A stretch of DNA of 64,000 bases from Amphiscolops sp. MND2022 (lineage: Eukaryota), in contig OZ076417.1 in the NCBI GenBank assembly GCA_964187785.1, forward strand, positions 44,082,001-44,146,000, given 5' to 3'. Within the stretch, counting starts at the first letter, position 1, and every line of letters starts with the position of its first letter. The notes under the pieces are model-generated. The model was not told the DNA's origin, did not search any database, and saw nothing but the letters and a program-made list of their open reading frames with translations. Below are positions 9,864-24,800 of this stretch, in pieces. A program made the position numbers and the translations under genes.

Positions 9864-12800
9864 TTAATTTGAAGACAGCAAAGCATCCCAGTCGATATTT
9901 CTCATGAAAACTTCCTTCTCCAGCCACTGTTCGTAATTGTCAGTGAACACTTTAGGGAGGACTATTTCCTGGTTGAGGAGAGAGTGCAAGTTGTTGTCTA
10001 CAGGGGTGAATACTGGGTCACTATGGGCTATGTTCTCGTACCTCCTCGTGTTGAATTTCTCCAGACGACTGCGGAGGAGGCCTTCTTCCAACTGGAAATC
10101 CCACGGCCTCGAATCCAGTTCTGAAAAAAAACAAAGGCTACAGGGTTGTATGGAATGAAAAAATAATGATTGACAAAACTCGAATGTAAGTCTTATATCA
10201 TCTGATATTTTTATATTAAGGTGCTTGATTTTCACAGTAATTTTTTGTTCAAGCTTTCCGCAATCACTAGGTGCAAAACTGCCAAATTGCGTATTACCAC
10301 ATAGACATTATATTCATTCAGCGCCTTCAATTAGGTATACAGAGGAAGCCGCATATGGGATGCCTCCGGACCGGGTATTGTCTATTATATCCGTTGCCTC
10401 TTATATCAGTAGTACAATTGACCGGACCAGGTAGGCCAGGGGACCGAAATATGCGTGCCAATTAAGCGTTGTCTCTTATACGCGTCCCATTTAAGCGGTT
10501 TCTACTGTAATTAGAGGCGGAACAATCCAACTTGAACATTTGCGGGGAGTTTTTCATTGGGGCGCTTTTGACTGTATACAATGGGCGCTTTTCTCTGTAC
10601 ACGGAAGACGCCATTAGCGAAGTTTATAACAACGGGAATTAGAATTCTATACACTTGACACTTACATCCAGTAATCGACTTCAAAAATTTAGATTTATAT
10701 TTTATATAACTCAAATTTATAACTGGTGAAAAGCGTTATAAAAAACGTGGTACCGTTTCCGAAGGCCCAGTCATCGTGTAGTCTGTGTCGCACCTTCTGG
10801 TAGATTGCACTCATGGTCTTCATGTTGCTCTTCCTCCACTGACGACCCAAAAACTTGGTCTGCACTTTGATCAGTTTCAGCACGTACAGCTGCAGCATTG
10901 GGTGGCGCACCTGAAAAAACAACCACATGAATCAATAAATCAAAACACATGAAGAATTAAATTTCAATTGAATTGACTAGACATCGGGGTATTTTCAACG
11001 CAAATAACAAAGAATGGAAAAAATGGAATGCTTTCTATTAATTCCGGGCGTTTGAGAATTTCTTGAAAACAAGCAAGAATCGAAATTCCTTTTGAATGAA
11101 TACTAGTTGTACTAGTAACGACGACTGTTCCTTCTTGAAACCAACTAATCCCCTAAAGAATTTGGATTTGATGTTTGGATATCGATAATTGGACATGAGT
11201 TGAAAACACGGTCGCAAAAGTGATTAGCGCATTGCAGTACAACATGATAAAATGACAACAAACGATGACGAAGCAACAGGTTGCGACTCTGTAGTTTTTG
11301 TCTCAATATCACAGTTTCTTCCAAGAAAAGATATCCGGGAGTTTTGTTCATTCCGTTCTTCGGGTTGCTTTGAAGAATTGCAAGGGAATCTAGAAAAGCT
11401 CGTCTGAAACAACTCGCCGAAATTAAAGGTAGGAAAACTCGTCGTCGGAAAAGGTCGGAAAACTCGTCGAAAAATACAACAGCGCAAAGCACGTCAAATA
11501 CCAGAGTAAACTAACCGCAGTCAAGCAGATAATTCACTCAACCATTGAGAAAATTGAAAATCGAAGTAAGCGACTTAGAGGACAAAGTGAATTAATGAGA
11601 GCAAGACGTCAAAGCAGCTAATGAAGCCGGAGTACCAAACATTATGGATCTGGGATTATCGCCTCTGTCATACAGCACGAAAGATTCTCTGGAAGGCTGG
11701 TTCTCAGTCGAACCCAGGAACATGAAGGTATTTTGCTTTTTTGGAGTGCTGCAATAGTATCAAACCAATTGTTGCGGAGAGGTCTTTTCAGGGAAGAAAT
11801 TTTCGAATGTTGCACTTCAGCACTGTCTGGCAGCTGCAGAGAAACAGAGCCGATTATGCTCTGCGGAGTCATATCAGAAATCATTGTTAGCTCCTTCATT
11901 CTTGTGAGGTGAGAGCTTCCAGAACTTCAATTCTAGCAGCATCTAGGACATGGTTCAGGCTGTTGGTGTCTTTCACGATGGTATCGCAACACACATGGAT
12001 TCTTGATGACTAAGAGCATCTGTTTTCACATCTCCAGTACGTGGTACCTTGTGAATCTCTTCAGGTAGATATTGATTGAATATCAGTTTCTAGTCGGCGT
12101 TTTCGAAGAAAAACCCGACTCTTACAGTGACTAGTTTTTTTTCGTCAGTTCAACGCGATCGGTCCACTGTTTGGGCATTATGCACTTTTACCATATGTAC
12201 TTAGTACTTCATTTTCAACGCATCCAAAGCCTCTAACATGAGATAAAATGCCATTACAAAGCAGGAGGATCGCCCTTTCCACTTTTTTCGACAATTTATT
12301 GATATTTTGCAACCGAATGGATGTCCAAATAATCCCAAAGGGTCCCCCTTTACAGTTTTCGGAACTAAGCGAAGTACTGGGGACTTCAAAAAATTTCGAA
12401 AGAAAATCGGAAAAATTGTTTGCTCAATTTTTAGTTTTTTGAGAGCTTTTGTTGTCTCCAGTTGTGGAACCAGAGCCGCATATGCGGAAAAGGAGTCTGT
12501 TTAGGTCTTTTTCTTTCTGACTCGCTCCAATCCCAGTCATACGAACTTATTGAAATTGCACTCATAGGGCCATACTATGGTGTAGAAAATGACTAGAAAT
12601 TTTCGTTCGAATCGTATGGACAACTTTTGCAAAAATCAAAAAAATCGAAAAATGGCTGTTTTTGACCAATTTTGGGTTAATTTTAGCTGTTTCTCACATC
12701 CCAGCAATACGAATGTGATGAAATTACACACAAAAGACCATAAAAAAGTGTAGAAGGACTGTACAAAATTTCGTTCGAATCGTATAGACAGTTTTTGCCA

Positions 12801-15800
12801 AAATCAAAAAGTCGAAAAATGACTGTTTTTTGGCCATTTTTGGGTTAATTTTGGCTATGTTTTTCACATTCCAGTCCCACAATTTTGATGCCTTTGCGCA
12901 CGCAAGGGCCCCTTTGGATGTAGAATGACTGTGCAAATTTTATGAAAATCGTATGGACAGTTTGATAAATTTGCAAATTTGATGAAAAAGGTCGGGAGAA
13001 AAAACAAAAAAAAACGACACGATTGCATAAGTAGTCGAAAATTTTTTCCGACTCCTAAAAAGTTGTTTTCGAGTTTTATTGAGCCTTAGATATGGCGCCG
13101 ACTTGGGCCGTTCCCGGCTTGTTTACCTTTGCGAATTTCCGTATTCAATGCTCATGTTGAATAATTTGGATTATTTGTTTGAGGAAGCCAAATGATAGCA
13201 ATGTAGGCAACGGCAATGATTTGGGCTTTTGTAACTAATATTATTGGCAAAAATTTATCTCCTTTCCATTACCATCTTAAGGTTTCCAATTTTGAGTTAT
13301 ATTTAACTGGACTCAAATGAGCGGCACCATCTATTTAATTTACCTGAGACGTGTTTTAATGTGGTATTTGTGCTTATTTGCCGCTGTTTAATTATTCGGC
13401 GAGTTTGCACTTTTGATTTTTGACAAGTTTTCCTACCTTTTTTGGCGAGTTGTTTTCGACGAGTTTTCAGCATACCATTGCTAGGTATTTCTTGAAAAGA
13501 TTACAGTAGATTCAAGAGACTTGGTACTTTTGAGTTGCGTGGCACAGACTTGGACTGTTCACGGCTTACTTACGATGATTCACGTTAAAAAAACTGAAAC
13601 CGAAACTTTTTCCACCGAAGGTTTACAAGGAAGATTGAATACTGGGTGGAGAAGCAAGGAAACACTGCATTTGTGGAACGGGAAAAGCAACATTATTTTG
13701 GCGTCAATAACCCGAAAACTACGAATGATGCAATGAAAAGAATTCGAATGCAGTCAATTTCTGTAAAATATCCATACTTTTCAAAGAATAGGCAATGGCA
13801 ATCTGTTTTAACATTTGCGGTGTTTGATTTTCCTTACTTGCTTTCTATATATTACCCACGTAGCGTAGAAAAAGTTGACAGGATATTACTAATGCTGATT
13901 GTAATTAGTGACGAATCTCATCATTGACCAAAATCCTCATTGTAAAACCGAACTTCAGTTACTGATTCGAAACGGTAAAGTTACGCACGTGGACAGTCAG
14001 TATGAATGAGGGCTCAATGAGCATTAGAGGGCTCAAAATTAGATAGGGGAATCTTCAACTTGAAATTTTGTTGGAATTTGAAGCTAAGTTTTTTCTCGCG
14101 GGTGTACTAATTTTTCCATGGGTGCGCGGATAACTAATCCTTGAATTACAAAGAACTCAATTGACAACTGCCTAAACACAACACAAAGTGACTATTCATT
14201 CACCTTGAGAGCTCGTTTGAGGATAGGCCCCGACTTGAACACAACTAGCATCATGATGCGCGAGTTCTTCCACTTGACCAGCTTGTTCAGGATCCTCAGC
14301 AGGTTGATGCAAGAGAATAAATTTCGCCAGCAGTAGTAATTCGCTCCCTAAAATTCACCCAAACATTCATTTAGTCATATCCATATACTTCCAAAGTCGA
14401 AAAATTACTCTTCAAAATATCTGAAAGTTAAATAATGTAAGTCAACTTTGATGTTATATTAGACATGTATTTTGGCGATTCGGGACTTGTAGCTTTCAGC
14501 CGAATAAAACAATGCGGGCTCCAAACGTGTCTAACAGAGCAAGGGTGGCATTAACTGAGAGGCGCTCCTAAGTTTTTCGGAAGATCTTTGGCACAAAAAT
14601 TTCAGTGGAACCAACATGAAAACTCCCAAATTACCATGTACAAAACAATTTTATATTAAAAGTAATGAGGAATTTCATAGGAGTGCACAACCACGCGGCC
14701 TGAGATCGACACCTACAGTTGTGTCTATATATGACACCCATATTAATTGTACTACATATTCCTTGACAGGTACCTTTTCTACGGGTTTGATGTTGTCTTC
14801 TGTGATTTCCTCCCTTTCCCCGATCACACACCTGGGGAACTCGAGGGGGGCTATGCTGTTCTGTGCCTGGATGTAGTTGCCGATGCTCTGGTTGAAGAAC
14901 TTCAGCACCAGCGGGATGCAGTTGGCAAACACCATGTGTTGGGCGCAGTGCTCGAACTGAAACAGGAGGAATATTAAATATATACTATAACACTTCTCAG
15001 TTCCAATTATTCAGAACAGTTCATGACGTAAACAAAACTCAAAACCATCAAGTACACACTATTGAATAGAAAACTCACTGAGTTGACATTGAAACCACAT
15101 TTATAACGGTTGACCTTAACAAAACTTGCAATTGACCTTAAATATGACACGACAAAGGAAGCAAAGGGCTTATAAGGATGAACTTTCGGATGGAAAATTA
15201 AAGTCAATAATAGTTAGTGTTCGCATTAAGCATATGAGATAAATTTTAACGTTGCTCTCAGGGAAGTTTCGGTTGTCTTTCTGCATGGAATCAAGACTAG
15301 AAAAGGCATTTGTCGGTGGAGCATTTTGCAGCAAAAAAACATCTGCAGCTATAGAATTCATAGCAGTTACGGAGAGAAATCGACAAAATTGATCAAATAG
15401 CAGCTATAATTACCCTACTAAACCGTAAAAGCTTATCCTCCAAAGAACCTATTTGTCCTAACAGGATGAAAACTTGAAATTGACAAAATTGGGGGAAGTT
15501 AAAAAATCGTTATTTTTCATTCAGATATGATCTTTTTCAACATTTACCAGGTACACAAACAATTTGAGGCCATCCAAACGACCTTTCTAACGTTACTCAA
15601 CAACTAATGTTGCTCACCTGGCAGATGTGATTGAGTTTGAAGTGTTTAAGTAGCAGCAACAACAGAGCAGTGACCGCTTTTACTATGATCTCCTTGTGTC
15701 TGTTCACATTCAACGTCAGCTTCATCGCTTCCATCACTCCTGATCTGAAACAAGATCCATCTCACATATGGAGGAGGAGAAACATCTTATTTCCGGCTAG

Positions 15801-18800
15801 TTATCAGTTATCTGTTCTGCGAATAGTGTAGTTTACGGGTAGTTACATTAGAAATATAGGTATGATCATCGAAAAGACAATTTATCTGCTACATCGTATT
15901 GGATTGGTCTGCTATTTTTATGTCTTTAGTAAGTGTTTTGATAGTTTCAAACAGGTTTTCACAGCGGAAGTGGTAGAGCTTCAATTTCCTAATCGTGAAG
16001 AAAGCCAAAGACTTTTTCATGAGACCAGTTGCTCTTTGAAGGGTCGGAGGTTCCTTCCCGATCAATTTCATAACTTACTTACGCAACAAACAATTCACAA
16101 TGGTAGAAACTCTTGGCAATAAAACCAAAAATACACTATACATTTGATGATGGATGTTATTCAATGCTATTCATGAACGCTCTTCAAAGCTTCAGATACA
16201 GGTACCTAAAAACGTAGCCATTTCGTTGCATGACTTCAACCGTGGGTCCAATTAATAGAGATGTGATTATAACTCAAAGTGCACAAAGTAAAAGTGTGGA
16301 AAACTAACGGCATTTGTGAAGGTAGAAGATCAGACAAGAGGTTGACGGGGTCACTTTTTGCTTGTGGAGGCGAGGTTGGAGTGGCTGCTAGTAATATCTT
16401 CAGAAGCGCTATCTGAAAAACAATGCCAAGTATACAATTCACTTGCTGATACGAAAGATGAAAACTAATCATAACAAAGTACGTTTCTGACTGACTGCAA
16501 TATTGGATCTCAGCATTTTTGAATTTATTTCGAACCAAATTGAACGAACAGCGAGTTTCACTGGTACTTTTTCAAGCTTTAAAACCAAAAAGTAGCAGCA
16601 ATGTTGAGCGAAAATGGAGATACAGACTCATAAAATACAGGTGTATCATTATTGGTAAGTAAGAATCTTGAGAAAAAACGGTAACACTAACCATGTACTG
16701 TGGCAAATTCGGACGTATAGCTTTATACAAGAGTTCTGTCGGTGTTTGAGGTATCTTTTCATGCATTCCCAGAGAAATCGGATTTTTGAACAATTGTTCT
16801 TCTCGTTTGAACTGCACTTCACTTAGAGGTACATACAGATGCTGAAACAACCTTCTCAAACTAACATCGGGTTTGATCGAGACAAACAACTGATCAGGAA
16901 AAGTTCAAGAAATTTGTTAGAAAATCAAAGACCTTAGCATGGGTTTTGAGTTTTCACGCTATAATTACATCGATTGACGGACATAAATTAGTTCAAAAAC
17001 GGTGCCAAAACACTGATTCAAACGCCATGAAAAATTACCTGTTTCAGAATTGAGATACTCTCTTTGATTGGCTGAGGAAGTCCGGCCAAAGTTGTGAGGT
17101 CGGGTTCCGGTTCTGTTTTCAACTTGTAACCCACATACTTGACGCGAGCATGGTCCAGGAAATCTTGGATGTCTTTCATTCTGGAGACAACAAAACATTT
17201 CAACATTTTCGTAACGTCTTCTCGCGTGAAAGTGAAACGTTCTTATTCAAGTGGAAACAATCATGGACAAACAAGGAAAAACCATCAAGTTTCGAGAATA
17301 CTCAGCTGATGACATCATGCTCAAGACAGAGACAGACAATCTGCTTGATTTTTATCAGACATATTGAGCAAAAATGTCAAATAATTGTAAAAAGAACAAC
17401 TTTGTGAATTTTCTTCAGCATAGAAAAGAAAGCGCTGAGCATTGATAATTTACGACTAAAATTTATTCGATTACCAAAGTATACTCAGTTGACTCTACAG
17501 CCAACTAACAAACTGACCTAATTTTGGGTTGCCAAGGCAGAGCCCGGGGTTCTTTGGGCCTCTCGGGGGTAGGTTGTAGAGACACGAGCACCTCCTCGTC
17601 GTCGGGACTGTCGCCCCCTCCCCCGTTGTCGTCTATGCCCTCGTCCAGGTCATCATCCGGAAGACCATCCAGACTAAGACTGTCTCTGGGCATGGCACCG
17701 CTACCAGCTGAACCGTCACCAGCTGCATTTGCTCGTAACTAGAAAAAAAACAAGCTTTCATGCACAAGATAGATGCATAATAAAATTAGTTAGGCCTGGT
17801 CTTATAGTTAGTAAAATTATATAACAGAAGTAATCAACCAAAAAGGTACCTGTTGGGGAGATAAATCATCTTGAAAAGATCACATTATGGATCAGAGCAA
17901 CCATAATCATCGGAAAACCCTTTCAGAAGTTCATTTCTAACTCCTCGAAGGGGAAGTCGCACCGTAAAACCCAAACCAAATGAATGCTTTTTTGGAAATA
18001 AAATTTCTAGACAGGATGCTAAGCAGATGCCTCCCACATACATGGTCAATATTGGTTTAGTATTTTTATTTGATCCTATGGACTATATCGCGTTTTATTG
18101 ATGTATTTTTTAACTTTACTTAATTAATTTTCAAAAAAAAACAAAAAAGGTGACCAAAAACTACAACTTGAAACAACCCTCTCTAATCATGATTGTATCC
18201 AATTCTGGAACAATTCCTTGGGTCTGACTTCAAACAATGGACATTCATTTGATTGTGTAAACCTATCAACAACCAGTAAAAAATGGACCAGCGGAAAACG
18301 AAAAAGAAGCGAACATTCATTCTCAGGCATCCAAATCTGATTAAAATCAGGTAGGGCAAATTTCAGGAATTGAAATGGGGTCCGAGGATCAAGTACATAA
18401 GTTTGTGTGTGTTTGATTCCAACCTCTGATTTCTTGGTTCCATTAGAAGACACGGCATTGGACCTCTTCTTGCTGATGGACAAGTTGCTGGTTGAGCCAG
18501 CCGAGTTCACAGAGGGGTTGGTCTGCTGATCCAGCAACTCAGACGCCGTCAGAGGAGGCGTGGATGCACGCATCTGTCGGACTACTTTGATGGCATCCTC
18601 TGGCAATGGGTCCAGACCCTCTTCTAGTCTCTTAGTGTTCCTCTGTTCTTGCACGTAATCCAGACCACCCAGAGACGCCTAGCAATAACATCAAGAATTC
18701 GAACGATAATCCTTGTCTGGAAATGAAAGACGAAACCCAATTACCGGTCATGGAAAAATCCGATTTTCACTTCAGCCCAGAAAAAGTTAAAGTAGGAACT

Positions 18801-21800
18801 TGTAAACAAATTGCATAATAATAGTAATAGAACACAGTTAAAAATTGACATCGTTGTCGCTTTCCTTCAGAACATCTATACTGTATTAAGTAGCTTTCCA
18901 ACCAAAGTTTTTCAGAATATCATATGAACCCTCTCTGATTAATTTGTTTCACAATCAGGAGGAAGTAAGAGGAGCAGCAAAGACGCACTTCCATAAATTA
19001 AAAATTATTAAAATTTAACATATTTTTCAGATATTTTCAGAATCCTTCTTCTACCTTATGAATTTGGGCCATAGATGTTCATTCGTGATAGATTAACTAT
19101 TAGAAAGTGTCCATACCGAAACGATTCATTCGGTAACCCTGCCAATCAAACTCTGATCCAAAAACACTGGAACTAGCTCATATCAAGTGACCTTAATGTT
19201 TCATATTAAATGTGAAATGCACATAACTTTTGTGTTCGTAGTGCTACAATACCATTTGATACGATTGTTTTGACAGAGAATAGATTAGTTGGCAGTATAC
19301 TTGTTCTCTCTATTGTTACCAAGAAACATCTGGACACATCTCTGAGAAGGGATATGACAGCTATTCCGACGCAATTAGCTTCATTCGTACAAAAATTAGC
19401 TTTGCACTTCTACGGAGCTCAGTACTATGCCTGAGAGGATACCGCGCCCTTAAGCGTCAAATAGACCATGTTGAGTCTTCCATTGCGGCAACAGTGCAGG
19501 AGGGAAGGCTGTCGTGAATTATGACAATCCCAAGTGGGTGCATACCCTGAACGTCAGTTTTTTTGACCATTTTAATATTTTTGGTGTTTTGTTTTGTAAA
19601 TCTGTCCTCCACTTGTTGAGGTTTTGAGTATCTATATATACGGGGACCGTTAGTGACAATACAAGGAGGCTCTGCAGCTTCTCTCTTCCGGTATTGTATG
19701 TACGCGGAAAAAGAGGGAAAACCTTTTTGGTTCATTTCGCTAGGCCAAATGATTCAATTTGGGACCATAAAATTTCGTAGAACTTTTGTTGAAGAACTAT
19801 TTTGGTCAGTTCGTGTGGATTGACAAAAAATTTTAAGTCACTATAATAGTCGTGTTTCACTTCATGAAGCGCCGACTAAAAATTGCCCCTTTGAACTCTG
19901 GGCCATCATTTCCGTTGCAGACCGACATAGTTTTGCTTCGCACGGTCCCTTCTAATTAAATTGTTACCAAGAAATAGAAGATTAACCAGTATGATCTTCC
20001 AGAGCAGCAGGAGTATCTTCTTGGTGGGAATGGTGGAGCTCTTGTCACTGGCCACACTGAGCACCTGCTGGAAGATGACCACTGCCGGCAGCTCCCCGTC
20101 CACGATCGGCTCCCCCAACTCCTCCAGGAACTGCTCCCGCATGTCTGTCTGCTCCGCCGTGTCTTCCAGGTCCGGAGTCCGGAGCACTTCTATGATCGTG
20201 TAGATCACCGAGATTATTATTCTGAAACCACGGACCTCCACATTGAATTTTTTCATCGATACCATAGAAATGTTATTTTTTGGTTATCGGCAGAGTTTTG
20301 ACACTGCTAGTGACTGCTAATAGGCGATTTAGCGAAATAGCGGCCGTGCAGGAATTTTTCATCGATTTCATTAGCGGTTCAAATTAGCGGTAACTATTAG
20401 AATGTCCAAAATGAATATTTTCTCATGGTATACACAGGGTGTAATAAAAATGAATTTCAAAAAATTCTGAAACTTACATTAGTAAAACCCACACAGAATG
20501 AAAATATTTGTAAAAAAACTAAAACAAGTGATCATTTGATTTTAAACGTATTTGATTTTAAGTAAAACGTACTTGAAGTCAAACATTTGAAACTTTGATG
20601 ATAACTTTTTTCCAGCGAAATAGCGAATTTTAAAATTTGCGGTTCAGCGATTTGCGAAAAAATAGCGATCTCAAAACCCTGGTTAACGGTAACGTGACAT
20701 TTCGTCATATGCAATTTCTACCGTTGACAATTTCAACTTTTCGCATTTTCAACATAACATAATTTTGGCTAATCAGTCCTAGTTCGGTTGAGTTTTCCGG
20801 TTGAAGAAGCCAAAACGTATCAAAACCGGCGCAAAAACTAGCATATTTGATTTTTGGGAATGTATGACAACGAAAGATAATTATATATACAATTAGGATC
20901 CATCAGCCAAAATTAATTTGGGTTGAAAATGCGGAAGATTAAAAAAATGCAATTGGTTAAATTGTGAGCAGCTGAAATGGGAACGGTTGAAACTGCATAG
21001 GACGAAATGTCCTGACACCTTCGTTAACATAAAAAGACAATTACCGAAGTAATTTAGATCGTCAAGAAAATAAAACAGATGTGCTTAAAAAAGCAATAAG
21101 GATTTAAAACATTTGACAGCCTTGGTATTCAAGGTTTCAATTCTGACAATTTGTTACCTTTCGAAGTCCCCGCTGAAATGGAAATGATTTTGTTAGACTC
21201 TGGTGCTTCAGTTTGCAACAAATGGGTCCGATTCCATTCTTTTATACCAAGTGTTCTAATCTTGCTCTGAAAAATGGTGTTACTGTAAACACCAAACACG
21301 CTCAGTCTCAGAGCTCCTTAACACATCTTCGACTGCAAAGTGCTTCAAATATGCGAAGGGACACTGTTGTCAAACTTGTTTTGAAATTTTACAGTGCCAA
21401 AAAATACCTTAACTCGTAACATCAAAAAAATCAAACTTTTGAATTTTTCTCTTTCCAGATACAGACTCATATTGACAAAAAACTGAGGAGACCCTATAAG
21501 TTCGAAAAACGCTCATTCTGCTAAAAATTGAAGGTGAAATATAAAAAATTCAGAAAAATAGCACAGTGCCGAAAAAAACCCAAAACTTGCATTTAAAATT
21601 TATGACCCATACAAAATTTATAAAACTGGACCTTTCACAGTGACTGAAGAAAAAAACTTGAGAGTCGTGCACATTTCAAAAAGAGCCGACTAAAAAGACT
21701 TTCATTTATACTCACCGCAGCTCAGTACAATCGCTGAGACTGGCAGCCTGAGACGAAGGTTTCCTTGAGGGGGCGCTAGTGCCATAGGGCCCTACAGTGC

Positions 21801-24800
21801 AGGCTCCAGGGTTAGCAGTGCCGAGACCAGCGGCAACTGTCTTGTCTCTCCCGATGTCCACTCTGAGCTTGAGGGTGTCAAACAGGGCGAGAAAGACTCC
21901 CATCTCGTACAGGAGGAAGCAATTGGAGCGACACCACTGTACGAATTCGCTTTCACTTTCTATCTCCGCAAAGTTACCTGAAATGAACTCAATTTATCAT
22001 CAATGTGCTAAGACTTGAAATCTGGTTTTTATATGTACAACTTTAGGAGATAACATAGGAACTCTTATTTAGGAATTATTTTAGTTTGCAATGAACTCCA
22101 GGACAGGCTGAAGTCCTCGTAAAATTTTTCCTCGTGGTTTGTGAAAATTCCATCATCTATATTAATGACTTTACTATCGCAATTATATGCCCATGTGGCT
22201 ATTCTTTTTTCTTACTGATGTTTTATTAGTTTTTGACTGTAATTTTTATACTGATTGTTTTTATATATTGTTTAGTCGTTAATTGTTCAATTATTATACG
22301 CCATTTGTAATCAACTTTTGCTACAATGGACACCAAAGTCAGGCAGGTTGCTTATTGCCTGTATCGATGAGGCAATGGATCGTATAAATTTACTGACCTA
22401 TTCCTTTTGTACGTAATTGATTTTCCAGGCTCATCTTAAGCTAAGTTTGAGTATTAAAAAAACAATTGTTCACCTTGACATAGATACGCGAAAGACCTTA
22501 TGGCAGCGAGTCGTTTCTCTTCACACGCAATCTCAAGATTGTCCAACAACTTCAGAGTAGCATTGCGCTTCTCTGGCATACTGAGATCCACCCATCTCTT
22601 GTCTTCACCTGTAACATTCACACCCTGAGACAAGGCTGGCACTTTCGTTTTAAACTGTTTAAACAGAAGTAAACAAGCCGGGAACGGCCAAAGTCGGCTC
22701 TATATCTAAGACTCAAAAAGCGCGAAGTTTTTAAAATTGTAAAAAGATGGACCTTTTGGGATTTTAGAAACTCCAATTTGTTCCAAAGTATGAAAAGGGG
22801 ATCCCTTTGGAGACACTAAAATTTTTCCAGTGAATGCAAAAAAATGAATGCCGAAAAAAGGAAAAGGGGGCACTTTGGGATTTTTAGCATCTATTCTGTT
22901 GCAAAATATTGAAACAAATGAACGGTGCACCCTCCGCGTTTTGAACCTCCCCCAAGTTGTTGAACAAATAAACTGATTAAAAAAGTGGACCTTTCGTGTG
23001 TAAAAAAACCTACCCACTGTAAGAGTCGGGCACATTTTCTACTTAAATGCGCCGACTAAAAACATCTTCGGAACAAAAACGAAAAAAAAAGTTTTTTTTT
23101 TCGGGTAGCTATCCTCGCACCTGAAGAGTTCCGACAAGGCATGGGTTACATAGAAATCTCTACTTTGGGCCTTACATATGGTTCTCCTCGAACAAATTTG
23201 GGTGTTGAGAAAGCTGGCAAACTCGCATTTTTGTTCAGACAGTTGAACGCTAAATATTGTACTCTCTCTGTGCATTCAAATTAAGCTATCAACATTACTT
23301 TTGCAAGAAAAAGAAAAAATAAACAAACATTTTTTAAAAAAACACGCAGTTTTATTCGAGTTAAAAACATGTTTTTTCACAGCCCTGCCCTGGAAGAAAT
23401 GACATTTTTTCAGCAGCACATAGAATTGAAAACTGATTTGCATTTATACTTCTTATCAGGTGATGTATCTCCAAACAAAAACACAACCGATAGACAACAA
23501 GACGCCCGCTAAGCACCGGGATATTTTCATCCCTTTTCGCCTTCATCACTTGAGCCATAGCTATTTTGGGAGGGGAATAGGATCTAAATAATAAGATCTA
23601 AAATTTAGTGATTTTAGACCTTATTCCCGTCCTGAAATTTTAGATCTTATTCCCTTTGGATCTTAATCCCATTTTTGACTTCAGATCTTATTCCCCCCTC
23701 TGTCAGAACGTTTGCTCGAGCGGTTAGAACTGTTTTCTAATCGTTAATTCAAATCTCTGAGCTGTAACTTTTATCAGTCATGTCATTATCTTGTTTACAG
23801 TATAAATATAGTTACTTCTTATTATTAGCAACTTCAGCTTTAACGAAATTTTGGTAATAATTCTTATATCATGATTTCAGGTCATGACACTACCTGCAAT
23901 TCAGAAGAAAGTTTACTGCATGATTATAATGAGTTTCGAGGAGCATGATGAGTAAATGTTGCAGGAGCATGTTTGAGTTTTGTATATATTTCAGATAGAA
24001 ATGATGAATCAAATGTCGACGAGAACTGGCGAGCTGCAGCAGACGGCTGATGTCGTTGTGGAGGAGCTGCTGGGCTGGCTGGGAGAGGGTCCCAAGGGGC
24101 TACCAGTGAGGGAGAGTCAGGCTGCTGAGTTTGACCCGAACTCACTGGAAGTCCAGATTTTCCGGGAACCCTTGATGCACTATGCCAGCACCAGTATCCA
24201 AGTAAGCTGAATGTGAAGCAATGATACAGGCATTGAAGAAGGGTTCATCAATGGTTGATTCCATTTAAGAAGTAGCAGAACGAGCCTCTGTTGTGGAGGA
24301 GTTTGGTCCAGAGCTGGTGACGAATGAGGTGCCTTATTCCAATCCAGTGTTCTCTTCCTCCGTGGTGGCAGAGGGGCTGTATCCGGCGGACCGGGCTGGA
24401 CAACCGAGCAGCAGTATTCGTCACTTCGGGGCCCATCCTTCTGTGGAGAAGCGGCTGTTGCTGGACCTCAGTCTACTGGCCATCAGTGGACGTGGAATGC
24501 GGGGATTCCATGTGGACGAGGATCCAGCTCCAGCGTATCCGACTGTGGCGGTGCTGTTGAAAGGGAGGAAGGTCTGGTTCGTCAGTAGACAGTCCCAGAC
24601 TGCCGTGCGATACCTCGTGAGGAGGGGCTGGACCATCCAAGAACTCGTTAATCATGTGAAGGTATTATACAGTGTAAAAAAATCATCACTAGAGGATCGT
24701 GGCTGTGGATCAGCATGGAGAACTATTTCAGGAGAACGTAGGCGACTTCCATGTGATCGTTCAGAGCAGAGGCGACACCCTCTTTCTGCCAGCCATGCTC

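Noticed and set aside
11100-12080. Possible decayed non-LTR fragment in STRIP1 intron 14
   Set aside because: Only a weak Cys motif; no diagnostic RT or endonuclease motif could be read.
13450-13930. Short plus-strand ORFs, possible transposase remnant
   Set aside because: No recognisable motif.
23361-23558. ORF MAQVMKAKR... as STRIP1 exon 1
   Set aside because: The true N-terminal exons (DLDFIYDDSD, EFYAYTE, EFLKHQ) were found at 41.6-43.2 kb with correct phases.
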